NCBI GenBank assembly: GCA_951406725.2
Contig: OX597814.1
Span: 212,660,001 to 212,724,000, forward strand
Direction: 5' to 3'
Source of the DNA: Octopus vulgaris
Taxonomy: Eukaryota
Length of the DNA: 64,000 bases
Below the pieces are notes generated by a model, which ran no database searches, was not told the origin of the DNA, and saw nothing but the letters and a program-made list of their open reading frames with translations. Of this stretch, positions 12,806-27,900 are shown one piece after another; within the stretch, counting starts at the first letter, position 1; every line of letters begins with the position of its first letter. A program made the translations under genes and the position numbers.

Positions 12806-13335
12806 AAGCGCATGAAACGCTACTACTGCAGTGGTACCACCCCGCTGCTACAGCTATTCGCTATACTGGTTCGATCAGTTCATTCGTCAGGAAACACACA
12901 CAAACAAAGAATGGTGTAGCAATCAAAGGGAATAATCATGAACGTGTCAGACAGTTCAATTACATCACAACGAGTCCCGATGCGAACCGACCACAATCCA
13001 AGCAAACCTTTGTTTGCCAAACTGAATGTCGCGCAGAGCTCGGAATTATACAACCCTTAGAGTAACGCCAGGGCAAGACGTACTCCCGTATATTTCTGAG
13101 ATCTTCTGCACAACATTCAGTTTGGCAAGCAAAAGTTCGTTTGGATAGTGGTCGGTTCGCATTGTGACTCGTTGTGACTGTAATTGAACTCTGACACGTT
13201 CATGAGTGTTCCCTTTGATTGCTGCTTCTTTTTTTTTCTTTTTGCGTTTCGTAACGAGTGAACTGATCGAACCAGTATAGCTGATGGCTATAGTAGCGGG
13301 GTGGTACCTCTGTGGTAGTAGTGTTTCATGCTCTT
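12806..13335. mobile_element. Fold-back/MITE-like element with about 245-bp imperfect inverted arms
   Basis: aagcgcatgaaacgctactac... vs ...gtagtagtgtttcatgctctt; arms 12806-13051 and 13088-13335, spacer about 36 bp. Confidence 0.85.
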
Positions 13336-14179
13336 AGGAAGTTCAGCTTGCAGCGGTCCTTGAATCGACACAAAGATACGGCACCTCAACAACGACAACT
13401 CTGCCCGTTTATAAATACCCAAAAATGAAAATTCCACAGAGTGATACCACGATTGCCTATCAACCAAACCCAATGCTTTTTATAATCAGTAATCCTACAT
13501 CAACAACTTTGACTCTGACGTGAAAGACATTTTACTAACATTCTTGGGTATCGCGTAAGATAAAGAGAGGTTTTACAATTTTTGCCCCCAATCACATCAA
13601 TGCTGATATTTAAAGGCGTCCTAAACAATGGCTACTTAAAGTCACTGTCCATCTTCAACAAAGCTTCTAACCAGCTTCCAAGATCCCCACCAAAAAGTTG
13701 GACATTTTATCCAACAGTGCAACTCAAGTAGCACTTAATGACGGGCAATTTCACCCTTCCCTTCATGGATTGGTCTCAGAGAACTGAATCAAGTATTAGC
13801 ATCACAACACTGGACAAATCAGCAGTAGGGAGATATTTTAAGTTCATGAATGTGCATCTTGTTAAATGTCCTACTACTTAACATTCTGAAATTTACATCA
13901 GATTTTTTTTTAATGTAGCCCTAATGCGGGTTGCATACTGATGACGAAAACTGCATTCATTTCTTCTCCAGAAATTAAAAAGAAAAAAGTTGCTAGCATT
14001 TACACCTACGTAATTTTAATGAAATTGATTGTTTGTTCCCATGGGAGCAGCACTCACACAACACTTTTACGTGGTCTGTCGACCTGCTTAAAGGAGCAGC
14101 CAAATTTTTATTAAAGTAGACATAACGTTTCAGAAAACAAACATGGTGATATATAGTGCGTTTGAGAAGTCCTGATTTC

Positions 14180-14465
14180 ATTAAGGGCTAGCAGATGCCT
14201 TCCAAGCCACGAGGTACAAATTGCTGGTTCAGTTTGTTGGCCTGCATTTCACTGTAGCCTATATTGGTGACTGTAGTACCGTTTCCCCATAATGTTCCAG
14301 CATAGGTCCTTTCTGTGTTCCAAAACGCAGTTAGCATCAATTTTCCTGCGGGAGTTTGAGATTTGAATTTCTTTCCCGCTAGCTATTCCGAGTGTTTCTA
14401 TTCCATAATCTGTTCTTTTGACCTCTCCTCAAAGTGATAAACCCAGGTCTACTTTGACTACAATT
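14180..14465 (-). mobile_element. Mariner transposase relic
   Basis: Minus strand reads TWVYHFEERSKEQIME*KHSE*LAGKKFKSQTPAGKLMLTAFWNTE. Confidence 0.8.
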
Positions 14466-14469
14466 TACA

Positions 14470-14806
14470 AGTGCGATTGACGCACTTGCAAATTATAGTT
14501 CTATTTTCGGTGCACAGTATTTCCAGGTCGAACAATATCATTCTTATAGATTTAATGGTGTTCACTTTCTCTTCCAGTGAATAAAACTCCACTGACCTGC
14601 AGCGTTTGCGAAGGGCATGTTTTCTTCACAGAGTTTTTGTTGTTACTGTTGTTGGTGCTATAATTGTAGATCGTATACATTGGAAGGAAAGTGGAAGCCA
14701 TTAAAACAATAAAACGATATTCTTCAACCTGGAGTTATATTACACTTAGAAGAGGAAGTATTGTGCACCAAAACCGAACTAGATTTTACGAGTGCATCAG
14801 TCTCAC
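14470..14806. mobile_element. MITE-like element with about 55-bp TIRs, next to the mariner relic
   Basis: gtgcgattgacgcacttgc...cggtgcacagtatttcc vs ggaagtattgtgcacc...gagtgcatcagtctcac. Confidence 0.55.
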
Positions 14807-15078
14807 AAAAAAGAATTTCCTAATACACACCTCTTGCCGAATCTGAAAAAATGTTTCAACCTTGTTTCTCTTATTGCTAGGGTAGCTAGTGCTGCTGTTA
14901 GCGCTGTTGCTGCCGCTATAACTGCGTTTGATTACTATTATTGATGATGTTGGGTTCGTTATTGCTCTTCTTGAAAATGTTGCGGTTCATGCTGAAAATA
15001 ATAGTTCTGCTGTCGTCGTCTTTATCATTCTTGTTATTATTATTACTGGAGATTTTATCATTCTTGTTATCATTATTA

Positions 15079-15287
15079 CTAGCAGAATCGTTTGCATGCT
15101 GGATGAAATGTTTAACGGCATTTCGCCGATCGCTACGCCCTGAATTCAAATTCCGTCGTGATCGACTTTGCCTTTCATCCTTTCAGGGTTAATAAATTTT
15201 GTACCAGTGAAACACTGAGGTCGGTGTAATCGACTAATCACCTCCACCCAAATTTCAGGCCCTGTGCCCTTAACAGAAAGGATTATT
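15079..15287 (+). mobile_element. SINE family A, older subfamily with alternative tail
   Basis: Head and core homologous to 19978-20140; tail aaatttcaggccctgtgcc...gaaaggattatta. Confidence 0.8.
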
Positions 15288-15639
15288 ACTGCAAATCTGC
15301 ATTTAGGTTCTTTGAAGTTACCATTGGAGGTGACTACTACTTCGTATTGAAGACTTCTCGACGGACTAGCGTAGCTTAGATCGTTTAAGTAAGAGGGTAG
15401 GGAAATAATTTTCTGCTAAAACCATACTCTATTTAAAGGAATACCTAATCAATCCCGGTCGCTATCTCCTCTACTATCAACATTATAATACAAATTATCT
15501 TAGAGGAAAAAAATCAAAACAAAAGTAACTTTAATAATTGAAATGACAACAATACTTCAGATGTGAATAACATCATCAAAAACAATAACAACAATACTTT
15601 CGCAGCAACGGCTGCCAAAAGGCACAGAGTTGTATAGGA

Positions 15640-16420
15640 TGGATATTCTACAGAACGATATATGTATGGCCTCAGAGGCAAAACTGAAGGCTGGAAGGAG
15701 AGTGTGCAGACATTGTCATCCCCCACGAGGTGTTGGCAGAAACACACAAAAAAACCAGTAATTTTCAATGTGCTTCTTCGACCAAAAAGCGACCCGAGAC
15801 GGCTAGTCAGGCAGATGTAGAAGGCGCACGGAAGGAGATGATGTCCGACATTGAGATGTCTCCTGCCAGAGCGAATAATCTGTACTCCATCCATCGTATC
15901 TAGAAAGGAGGATAGTGATGTTAAATATCTTCCACTGGTGGTAAATTTATGGTGGTTTTTAATGTATATTATTTTGTAAAAGAGGTGCAGCATCCTGGAG
16001 GTGAAGCTGACTCGTCCGGAATCAGTGTGGAGGTGCTACTCCACAGTAAATCAGCCACATTCCACAAGGTCCTCGTTCGCCTTCCGGGATGGTAAGAGCT
16101 GCATGTTACCGTTGAGGGTAGAAGGCCACGGTGCCACCAGCGTGGGGACACTCGGGAGCTTTGTGCTCCCGACAGAAAACAGGGAACCTAAGAACTATTT
16201 TACTGCCAGCACCAGATCCCCAAAATCCACAGCTAAACCAGCAACAAAATACAACAAAAACGGTACCAACCCTGGCAACGAAGACATCAGCAGCAGCGGG
16301 GGCAGCAAAACCAGCGTAAATGCTGGAAGAAGACCACCAAGAGCAATACCAGCAACACCAGAAAAACCAAAACATCACCAGCTGATGTACCACCACCACC
16401 ATCTTCAACAGCTGCAAAAA
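15640..16420 (+). mobile_element. Decayed gag-like ORF1 of an L1/Tx1-like LINE
   Basis: VEGRRPRCHQRGDT.. degenerate zinc knuckle followed by a T/K/P-rich tail; same layout as 40150-40900. Confidence 0.5.
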
Positions 16421-16549
16421 ACAAATATATATATATATATATTAATATCTTTTCTATTGTCGGTATAAGGCCTGAAATTTGGGGGAGAGGCATGGTCTAT
16501 TACATTTGACCCTAGTATTCAACTCGTACTTAATTCCTCGATCCCGAAA

Positions 16550-16904
16550 ATTGAACAGATCATTGAGGTAGCCATACTAAATGATATGAATGTTGTGAGA
16601 AAAGAGGTTACAAAATCTACATGTACTCCGAATTGAAAATGGAAATGGCAAGATTGTATGGAATGCGGGAGGGTAAGGTAAAAATGATCCAAGTGGTGAT
16701 CAGAGCGTTGGTCTCAATCCCATCGAAGCTTCAAGACTTCTGAAGGTAACTGGAAATCCCATGCAAGATTGGTGTCGTGCAAAAAACTGCCTTGTTGGGC
16801 ACAGCGCACATCTTTATGAAAGCGTTATCTGTCTGAGGTCCTTGTTGTGACTTGACAGATAACGAAAGAATCTGGTGCATTTTTACCTACACTGTGTAAC
16901 GAAG

Positions 16905-16990
<86 letters not shown>
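16550..16990 (+). mobile_element. R4/Dong 3' fragment with (TAA)n tail
   Basis: IIEVAIL, IQVVIRAL, QKTALLGTAHI..KALSV* (restriction-like endonuclease C-terminus), then (TAA)n. Confidence 0.8.
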
Positions 16991-17009
16991 GAAAAATAAA
17001 TAGAGGAGT

Positions 17010-17475
17010 GCCATAGTTATCATGTGAAATTGATTGAACTATATTTCGGCAGCTAGCGTATCTTCCACAGGTTCCAAAATTACATATCAGGCTACTTCAT
17101 TTTTTTTTTTTTAAGATTATATAGGACTGAGGTAACTCGTCCAGAATGTAAAGAGAAATAAATAGAAACCTATTTGAAAATGATACCAGGCATATCATCC
17201 CTACCGGAAGTACAAAAACTCGTGTTAACTGGAACGGCTCATGTCCTGAGAAGAGCATTATCCATTCATCATGAATTTATCCATCCATTCATGAATTTAT
17301 TTATTAATTAATTTTTAAATACATGTTTTACCTGTGAATTTGTGTGTGTAATCTGCGAATGCATACAATGAGCTTCTCTGCCCTAGGTGTACGGAAAACA
17401 CTCAGCGAGAAATGGAAGAAAATTTGAAGAAATAAGAAAAAAATAGAAATAAAAAATAACAACAACAACAACAAC

Positions 17476-17536
<61 letters not shown>
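17010..17536 (+). mobile_element. R4/Dong 3' fragment with (CAA)/(TAA)n tail
   Basis: LPEVQKLVLTGTAHVLRRALS, 3' UTR, then microsatellite tail. Confidence 0.75.
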
Positions 17537-17538
<2 letters not shown>

Positions 17539-17539
17539 G

Positions 17540-18686
<1,147 letters not shown>

Positions 18687-19287
18687 TTCTCAATTAACCA
18701 CTGAGAGTTCGGAAGGAAATGGAAAATAATACGAAAATTTAATTTTGCATTGAGATGAATGAAAGAACGACAGTATTCTTGAGAAATAGGAGATAAATTG
18801 CTAGATTGACGGAAGGCAGGCAAAGCCGAGACTGAAAAGCGGTTACTATATTACGTGAAAGGGACGAGTACTAAGGTTTTATTACGTACCATCTCATGTT
18901 ACACCTTACATGAGAAAATGCAATTACTTTCAGATGTACCTTTAGCTGCAATGGAATAAACTAAAACAACTGAACGTCAGAGTAAAGTTTCAATGTTAGT
19001 TTAAGCATAGATGTATCTGAGTGATCACCGAGCGTAATCGATGAGCATTCAGTTGTACCACTGCTAATAATTGCATTTATAACCAACATTCGATGCTAGC
19101 ATTTTCAAAGATAAACCGTATGTAAATATAAATTAATTAATAGATCGACCAATGAATAATTAATTAATCAATTAAGTAAATCAAACCGAATATGAAGACA
19201 GAGGGAGTTTTCAAACAGTGATTATTATTATTACGTTCTTAATGCATACCGTTGTTTAACGTTCAGTATAGATCAAACAGTTGAGCA

Positions 19288-19510
19288 TGCGCGGCGTAAT
19301 ACTTTGGGTGTGCACTGATGATCACGAGATCACGATTTCAGTTCCTGGAGTGTTTGGTGAGTTTTATTCTTTAGTTCTGCAATCACTTCAAAATCTGATA
19401 TGTGGTATGCTGTGCATCTGTTCAGGTAACATCGATATGATGGATGGATGGATGGTGGGAGCTAATATACAGCACATATAAAATATATAAACAAATCATT
19501 TGCGCAGTGT
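19288..19510 (+). mobile_element. Old tRNA-derived SINE-like relic
   Basis: Degenerate tRNA-like head similar to the heads at 38783 and 40104. Confidence 0.35.
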
Positions 19511-19970
19511 TGAGCGAGAAATTATAAAAATGTATTTCTTAATGTAGGAGAGACTACCATCATTCATTCATTCATTCATTTATTTATAGCTCAATCAAAA
19601 TAAATCATCATTCAAAATCAGTAAATTAAGAATTATGCATTCGAAATGAAATTTAAATTTAAAGACGCAGAAATTTTCGGTTGAGACACAAAATATTTAG
19701 AAAATGGAGAATTAGATGTTAAATGAAGTACTATACAAGTAAAACACCACCTTAGTTTCAATATTTCCTATTTCAGAGAATAATGTAAGAGAACATTTTC
19801 GACAGATTAAAAACAATTTCACGTGCTTACAACATATCATGCGTTAAAAATGCGCAATGTTTAGAGCATTAAAACAGATTCATCAAATAATAATAGTAAA
19901 AAACAAATGGATAACCATTTTTATAATTACCCCCATGTATATATATGGGTGTGTATATATAGCGTGTTTG

Positions 19971-20206
19971 GCGGTAAGGCGGCGAGCTGGCAGAAACGTT
20001 AGCACGCCGGGCGAAATGCGTAGCCGTATTTCGTCTGTCGTTACGTTCTGAGTTCAAATTCCGCCGAGGTCGACTTTGCCTTTCATCCTTTCGGGGTCGA
20101 TAAATTAAGTACCAGTTACGCACTGGGGTCGATGTAATCAACTAAATCCCTTTGTCTGTCCTTGTTTGTCCCCTCTGTGTTTAGCCCCTTGTGGGTAGTA
20201 AAGAAA
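19971..20206 (+). mobile_element. SINE family A, young full-length copy with 17-bp TSD
   Basis: ggcggcgagctggcagaaacgttag...gagttcaaattcc (B box)...gtaaagaaa; TSD tatatatagcgtgtttg at 19954-19970 and 20207-20223. Confidence 0.92.
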
Positions 20207-20952
20207 TATATATAGCGTGTTTGTGTGAGACTGTGTTTTTATGTGTGTACGTATGTATGTATGTATGTATGTGTATATATATATATAAAATATGTGTGTA
20301 TGTATGTATGTACAAATATATAATTATATAAATATAATTATAATAAGGGCAATAATGAGTATGCTAGAGATAGACACCAAGTGGCTCTAAGAACAGTAGT
20401 TCTTAGAGACATTTGACGTCTATTTCTAGCATGTGGTGTTACCAATTAGTTCCCTTGCTATAATTATATTTACATCATCATATATTTTGTATTAAATGTT
20501 ACCAATTTGGTTTATTAAATGCTGGCTACTTGATAAAAATCCTATATTGATTTTATCCTTGATTATAAAGACATGTGTGTACATAGAAATATTATTGATG
20601 TCGCATGCTTAATTCACGTTTTGTTGAAACGGTTTTTCAGCGGCCGTATTTTGTTCATCGATACCGTATAATCGAGCCTGCTGCGAAACGATTTCAAATT
20701 CGTGAAATTTGATTTGGGTACATGTTAACGATGAGCTGAAATAAGTGATTTATCGGCATCCACCGTTCTCACTCAGCTACAGTGCACCCGACTTCGTCTG
20801 GACTTGAGATATGCTGTATTTTTTTAACACGCAACGTCTTAAAGGGATTTTCTCAGGACACAATATTGCAGCTGAAAAGCGTTTAAACAAAACAAATACA
20901 TTGTGTATGTGACATTAATGATATTTAATTAGATTTAATTCTCAAAATCTTA

Positions 20953-21014
20953 GATGGATGGATGGATGGATGGATGGATGGATGGATGGATGGATGGATG
21001 GATGGATGGATGGA
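20953..21014. repeat. (GGAT)n microsatellite
   Basis: Directly visible. Confidence 0.95.
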
Positions 21015-21039
21015 TATGATTGCTTCTATGTTTTTAGAA

Positions 21040-21480
21040 GATTTAAACAAGTTGCAACCGTGAACCACCCGAGGATTTCTGTGATGCAGTAATTATGATA
21101 ATGATCTATAGTTATAAAGATAAGTCCGATTCCTTCAACAAAATTCTGTCTGTGGGTCAGAATGAATTTCTCGCAAATTCATTATGTAAATTGAAATCCC
21201 CTAACAAAATCCACCGTGAAAGAAGAACACCAAAGTTAAGACACAAGGGCTCTGAAGAACTCTTTCACTACATGTTATATCGAACATCTTGAATAGTCTG
21301 GTCACCATTATTGAGGCGTGGCCAAACAGCACTACCTAATTTCTCTTCTTTGAGAGCGCATGCAGCGATGGTTTGATGACAAAAGGAGCTAGATTCACGA
21401 TAGTGACATAATACCAAACCTGTATGAGAATTTCCCAGCAGTTGTGGCGTTTAAATGCTTGCCCTATATTAACATTCTCC
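21040..21480 (-). mobile_element. Possible decayed APE endonuclease fragment (L1/Tx1-like)
   Basis: Minus strand contains WILLGDFN; surrounding sequence is heavily degraded. Confidence 0.4.
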
Positions 21481-22173
21481 CTCTTGAAACTAATATGGAC
21501 AACCCCAATGACATCCTGTCCGAATTTTCGTTCACAAGGCCAAGCCTTCATGATCCGTTAGCACAGTGCTCATATTTTTCTCACGCTCTAGAGATACGCA
21601 GTTAAGTGATGTTATTGTTCTCAGGATCAGCAGCAGTATCGTAATATTCTGATTAATTTAATTGTTGCATTTTATATCGTACTTTTTACAAGATATGTGG
21701 TGTGGGATTACTCATCTTCCCAAACATAAGAGACTGAGGCATTCACTTATAACTCTTAGCAAATTTGAAAATGAATAACACGGGTTGGTTTATTTTTAAA
21801 GGAAGGATTTTCTGAACCTCTCACTGCAAGTGAAGCACATTTGATACGTAGAATATCGCTGAATTCATTTTTACGATTCACAAATTTTGGTAATAAATAA
21901 TATTAAACATACTGTATACAGCAAATATATATCTGCTTATTGCTGAATTGATTATTCACGAGATAAAATATCTTTGTAAGTTTTACAAAAACAGGAGCAT
22001 ACATAAAATTATTTTCTTGTGACTGTAGGTATTATAGGAACGGATATTTAAAATATTTCTTTGTATACATAAATATTTCTGTATGCCTGTGCCTATGTAT
22101 GTATTGCATGCATATATGTGAGAGTGTGTAAGTATGTACACATGTGTACCAGTATATGTATATATACATATGT

Positions 22174-22227
<54 letters not shown>

Positions 22228-24424
22228 TACGCATGTAAGGCTTAAGTATTTAAGCCACTGCGTTTAGTCATAAAGCAGAGTTATATTCAACTTATGTGAA
22301 CTTCAAACATAGCGTTATAAGCTCAATTTTTGACATTTCCGGGAAAGTTTATCTCGCAGAAAGAAATAATCTAATCAGCATCCTACTTGCTACATAAAAG
22401 CGCCTATAGATTTTTCTCTCTTTCTATATTTTTCTCATCTGCGATTTTCAAAAGAAAAACGAACAATTTACAAAACATGATAAAATATACTTAGAATAAA
22501 TTCTCTCTTCTAATGGGATGACCTTAAGCTGAGGAAATGGAGAGTATAATATATACATACACACACCTACCTTCACACACACACACATATAATTTATGTA
22601 AAGTATCAAAAGAAATATGAAACGCAAAATAAAATCAATATAACAGCAAACAAAATCTTGGATGCATATATTTATATTAGAGCAAATATTTTCCTCTCTA
22701 TTTCTAAAAATAAAATTAAAATATGCATGGTAACGAAGAAATAGAAGACAACCAGAATGAAACATTCAGCCGATTATAATTAGCTTTTATATAATATAAT
22801 TTTATAATTAAATTTGATATTAGACGTATTAAGATATATTCGGTATTAAATGTATTATTAATATGTAGTACGATGCAAAATCATTTAATTTCAGATATAC
22901 TTTATTTTCATTACTAAATGTGTAAAGAATTTGAATTTACAAATTACTGATTAAATAGAATTCACTTATTATTCAGATATATTCTTTCTATAATATCTGT
23001 GACTGATTAAGACGCTACTAATAATGAAGAAAAATTTAAAAACAAGTAATATTTGATTTGAAAACTATTTGGAAGAAAATAAATTCAGTTCTCGCCTACA
23101 AGATTCGATAAATGAAGTGATGCTTATAAAACCATGGAATAATTTGCATGGTTATGAACGATTGGCTTTCTCAAAGCACAGCAAGATTAAGAAAAGTGAT
23201 ATATAATTTCTTTATTGATGTATAGTTTACCACTTACCATATGCCAAATATTTCTCATATTATTTTAATTAGATATAAAAACAATGTTAGTAATAATATT
23301 CTAACTACCCTTCTAGTAATCTGATGAAATAAAAATATTTTAGAGTTTGAAATACAACAGGAAACCATGTGTTTGTCGGCCATATACCCCTAAACAGGAA
23401 GATTTCAGAAAATAGGTCTAAAATAAAAATATATTTAGCAGAAACTGAGAGAATTTTAAAAATCTGTATATTCTTATCGATTTCATAGAAGAGTGATTAT
23501 ATTATGACCTAAACTGATAATAGAACTTGCTGCAAGTTCTATTATCTGTATCTGAATACGCTTTTGGAAAATATTTGTTGTTGTGAAGCCAGAGACAGCA
23601 ACAAATATGGAAACGTTGGAACTCAAGATGATAGGATACAAACCGTCTAACGCTCGCCCAATAAGTTTGTCCGCTTAGCATATACAGATTACTAATAATC
23701 TCTATTGAAACAATACATATATTTTGATGAACGATAAGTGCATAAATGAACATTTGCGTTCTTTCGCATTGGTTAAAATAAAGGATATTGCTACGCCAGT
23801 TACAAAATATTATAGATACATCGTTATAGATACATTGCCAGTTGAATCGGTTATAACAGTTTGCTGATCTTATCAATAAATTGGATGAAAGGGAAATATT
23901 AATAACATAAATATGAAATAAAACTTTTTAACAGGAAAAATATCAAAGAGATTCTTGAAATAAAATCAAATTAATTTATGTTACTTGATATAATTTTGTG
24001 TATCAATTCGATAATTTGTTTCGTTTTATATTCATTATGTTTTGCTTTCATTATAAATATGATTTTCATATTTAATATCAAACAAAGTAATATTCCATCC
24101 ATAGCAATTTAATAGAGCACTTTGCGAACGAATTTTGATTTTTCGAAATATATCGAGTAATTTTCGTTAGTTTACGAAATGCCGCCATAATTTATTCTAT
24201 CATTGTAATTGAGTTGTGATTAGATATATAGCAAAAATAGGAATCAATAAAAAGATTAATTTACTCAAAATATTTTAACATTTCTTTAAACATTTCATAA
24301 TAGATTCCTAATCACAGAAATGCCTAATATTTGTACTAGATGCTTTAATGGCTTATACTTTAAATATTTGCACAACTATATACTGAGTATACATGCATAT
24401 ATATTTACACACACACATACACAC

Positions 24425-24472
<48 letters not shown>

Positions 24473-24507
24473 ACACACACATATATATATATTATATATT
24501 CTTATGC

Positions 24508-24598
<91 letters not shown>

Positions 24599-25729
24599 TC
24601 TTATGCATGTATATATACATATAGATATATTCATATTAAATGTATATATGTGTGTGTGTGTATATAGAAATATGCATACATACATTTACACACAAGTATA
24701 CACAGAAATACACATCTAAAATGTGAGAGACAGAGAGTGAGTATGGAGAAATATAGAATATATGTAGATTAATTTGTACTATCGAACGTCACTTCGTTTT
24801 GGATGTACATCTGTATAAGTATAGGCAACATATTTGCAGAGTCTTTGAACATAGAAAGCATGCAATATTTGTTCTTAAATTCTGCGCTCTACGTATAACT
24901 TCGCCATTTAATTTTTCTGGGTTCATACAGAATGTATTAGTCAAAAGACATATATCAGTGAAATTGTTGGAGCGATTCAGAGATGCCTGGAAATTTATGC
25001 TCCTCTGCTCTACCTCTGGAGTTCCACTTTGTTTCCTTTTATAGTTTCTGATGACACTCCTAGAAGTCCCTGAAAATTTCGAAATTAACCGAATATCACA
25101 TAGAACCACAAGCTAATTGATGAATTATGTTATGTATCGAATTTAGAAAATTCTGATATATTACATTCTTTCCGTGACTGTTTCTTTGCCCGAGTATTGA
25201 AAGTGGAGAAGCCTATCGCATTAAGATTAAATAAAATGCAATGCTTAAATAATAATAATTTATATTAATTTTGCTGACACTTGTTTCGTAATTTGCATAC
25301 ATTTACATCAGCGACACTAAGACATCGACAGAATTTATGAATATGCAATAAGATGCACAAGTATAAATACATAGTTATAGTTATGCTGTAACATGATTAA
25401 TCGGGTTTTGTTTATCAGACCTTTGCATGGGCTTTAAATATTCAAAATCGCTGATGTAAATGTATATAGATTACAATACACCTGCCAAGAAATATAATAA
25501 ACATACGAGGTCTCTATTCTGTAACGTTTCAAAACTATTATGCACACACTACCATTGTGAGCCCAGAATTTCCGAAGGACAGCAACGATATAGATGTGTG
25601 TTTTTGTGTGTGCGTATGTGGGTGTGTCAGTGTGTAGATGTGTGTGTGCATGAATATTTACGCATATAACTATATTTAGATGTGTACATTTATATAAATA
25701 GATATATATATTTATACAGTTCAAATTTA

Positions 25730-26610
25730 TAGAAAAACAAGCGGAAGACAGGTGGAGGAACAACAAGCACGTACCTTAGTTTAACGTTTGGGAAAATGGA
25801 AAAGTCTTTTACGTTTCGAGCCTACGCACTTCGACAGAAAGGAATAGGAGGAAAATAATGGAGAGAGAATGAAAGAAGTCGGTGAGAGAAAAAATGTGTT
25901 GTGATCAGCGGATTAACGTAGCGAGAGGACTGGAAAAAAAGATTTTCAATGGAAGGGAGATAACAAAAAAAGAGGTAGAATATGAGGGAGATAATCGTGA
26001 TCCTAACGAAATGAGATGCGCTAGCGTGTATGCGTGAGAATGGTGTGTGTATTATGTGTGTGTGTGAATGGGGCGTGAATGAGTGACGTGTGTGTGTGTT
26101 CGTGCACTTATGTAACGTGTGTGTGTGTGTGTTGTGTGCAGCAGTTGATGTGTGCACATGTGTATTATATGTCCCTGTGATCAAATAATGTGCATGTGTA
26201 TAGCGTATGTTTGTGAGCGAAAGTTATCTTTGTCTGTGTGTGTGGCGTTTGTTTATGCGTGTTGCGTATATGTGCATATATTGTCTGTGTTTAGGTATTA
26301 TGTGCTTGTTTGGGTGTGAGAGTATATATTGCATGTGTAGGTGTGGTAGCGTGCATAATGGTGTGGTGTATGTACTGAGTTAAACAGTGCGTGTGGCTGC
26401 TCGTATAATATCATGTGTGGTAACGCTGTTGAAGATTGTGTGAGGGTGTGTGGATAATGGCGTGCGGTGGGGTGCTGAGAAGTGGTCAGTGCCAGTGTTT
26501 GTAGAGCGAGATGGTGTTGCGGATGGGATTTTAATGGTGTGTGAAGCGAGTGATGAGTTGAACAATGTGTATGGGTGTTGATTGTGATGCGTGTGAAGAT
26601 TAGGTAGAAT
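25730..26610 (-). mobile_element. Penelope-like pseudo-LTR with adjacent CA-rich region
   Basis: 25730-25910 is homologous to 58195-58395 and 61730-61925; contains a hammerhead motif. Confidence 0.65.
25806..25841 (-). ncRNA. Minimal hammerhead motif, A6U variant
   Basis: cttt-CTGTCGA-agtgc gtag gctc-GAAA-cg-TA-aaag. Confidence 0.65.
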
Positions 26611-26829
26611 TTTATTTATGTATTCATATATTGCATCATTTCATAAATACACCAGCTTCAGGTAAAATTTTAATCAGGTATAAACAGACACGTTAAAACT
26701 CAGATCATGAACTATCCAACAAATAACAAGATACAGAAATGATATTTTAAAAAATAACATTAGAATTTATATATTTTTCAGAAGTATAAACGAGGGGCGA
26801 GAATTAATGAAATCAAAACAAGTCTATTC

Positions 26830-27900
26830 TTTCAAGTGATTGTCTTAATTAGTTTATAGCCATGGAAATGCCAGGAAACAGGCGGGTTAGCCGAAATGAT
26901 ACCATTAAGTGCAAGGCGGATTTTACCAATTACTTTCAGGTTTTGATTAGAAATGCGAATCTTTGGTAGTGCCGCGTTCTTTCATAGTAGTTTCTTTATT
27001 TTCAGCCATTCAATCATGATTTGATTTTTTTTTCTTAGATCATGTAGTTCTGTTTTGGGTCAATTTCTGTGTGACTTTCTTTGTCTATTTGATTTTCATC
27101 TGCCTTAGTGTTTATGGTTGGTTCAGAGAGTATTTCACTTTGCTTATCAGTTACATTACCTCTTCAGTCATTATTGTATTTTCATCATCTTTGGGTTGGT
27201 CTATAATTATTTCTCTGTAGTATCTTCCTTAGCTGCAACTTCGTTCCTTTTATCCCTTACTGATTGTTAAATTTAGTCAATCTCTAATTCAGTTAGTAAT
27301 TTCTTTTTCATAATGTTTCGTCTGATGTTGGCTAATTTATTAGTCAATGTTGAGTCTTACTTCAAGGTGTTTCTGTCTCCAGTTTAAGTAGGCTTTTACA
27401 GTATTTGATTTATTTGTGGGGGAAATGCATGGCATGATAGTAGGCCTTGAGAAATTCTTTATTATCTGTCCTATATCATTTTCCATTCTTTTTATTTAGC
27501 TATTTGATGACGAGCATGGAGGGCCGTCGTTCGGAAAACTCCGATTGTGGGGTATTTCCCGGTCCTGCGTTTCAGAAAGATTTGACCAAGTAGCTGGTTC
27601 ATCATTCGTGTACGAGGTCCTTGGGGATTCGGTTTGTATTTTGCCTTGTTATCACTGAGACATGACGAGCTTGGATGTTGATATTAGAGGACGTATCTTT
27701 CTGTTTAAGATCATTATTATTATTTACTTTTTTCTTTAGATAACACCGCCTCCAAGTTTTCTGAATGAAAACATTGCTCCTAACGTAGCTTCTTAATGAG
27801 ATCTGTATTCGTCTGTATCTTGTTTATAGATTTATCTCAGGGCATAGTTTTTTGTGGTGTTTTTAAACGTATGAATTCTTCATTCTGTCTGTGTTAGTTC
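26830..27900 (-). mobile_element. Heavily decayed R4/Dong-like RT fragment
   Basis: Minus strand remnants RPTIMPCISPT and NAGPG, resembling RPITCLPT and KAPGPD. Confidence 0.45.

Noticed and set aside
13930-13960. CTGATGA followed closely by GAAA
   Set aside because: No stem II or proper stem III; not a hammerhead. The other isolated CTGATGA hits I checked also lack stems.
19978-20065. tRNA genes
   Set aside because: The tRNA-like heads are parts of multi-copy SINEs with tails and TSDs.
20690-20900. Possible mariner C-terminal relic (HPPFS..APDF)
   Set aside because: Too degraded to support as a feature.
24789-25109. Minus-strand ORF with a good splice acceptor near 25071
   Set aside because: No recognisable homology or partner exons.
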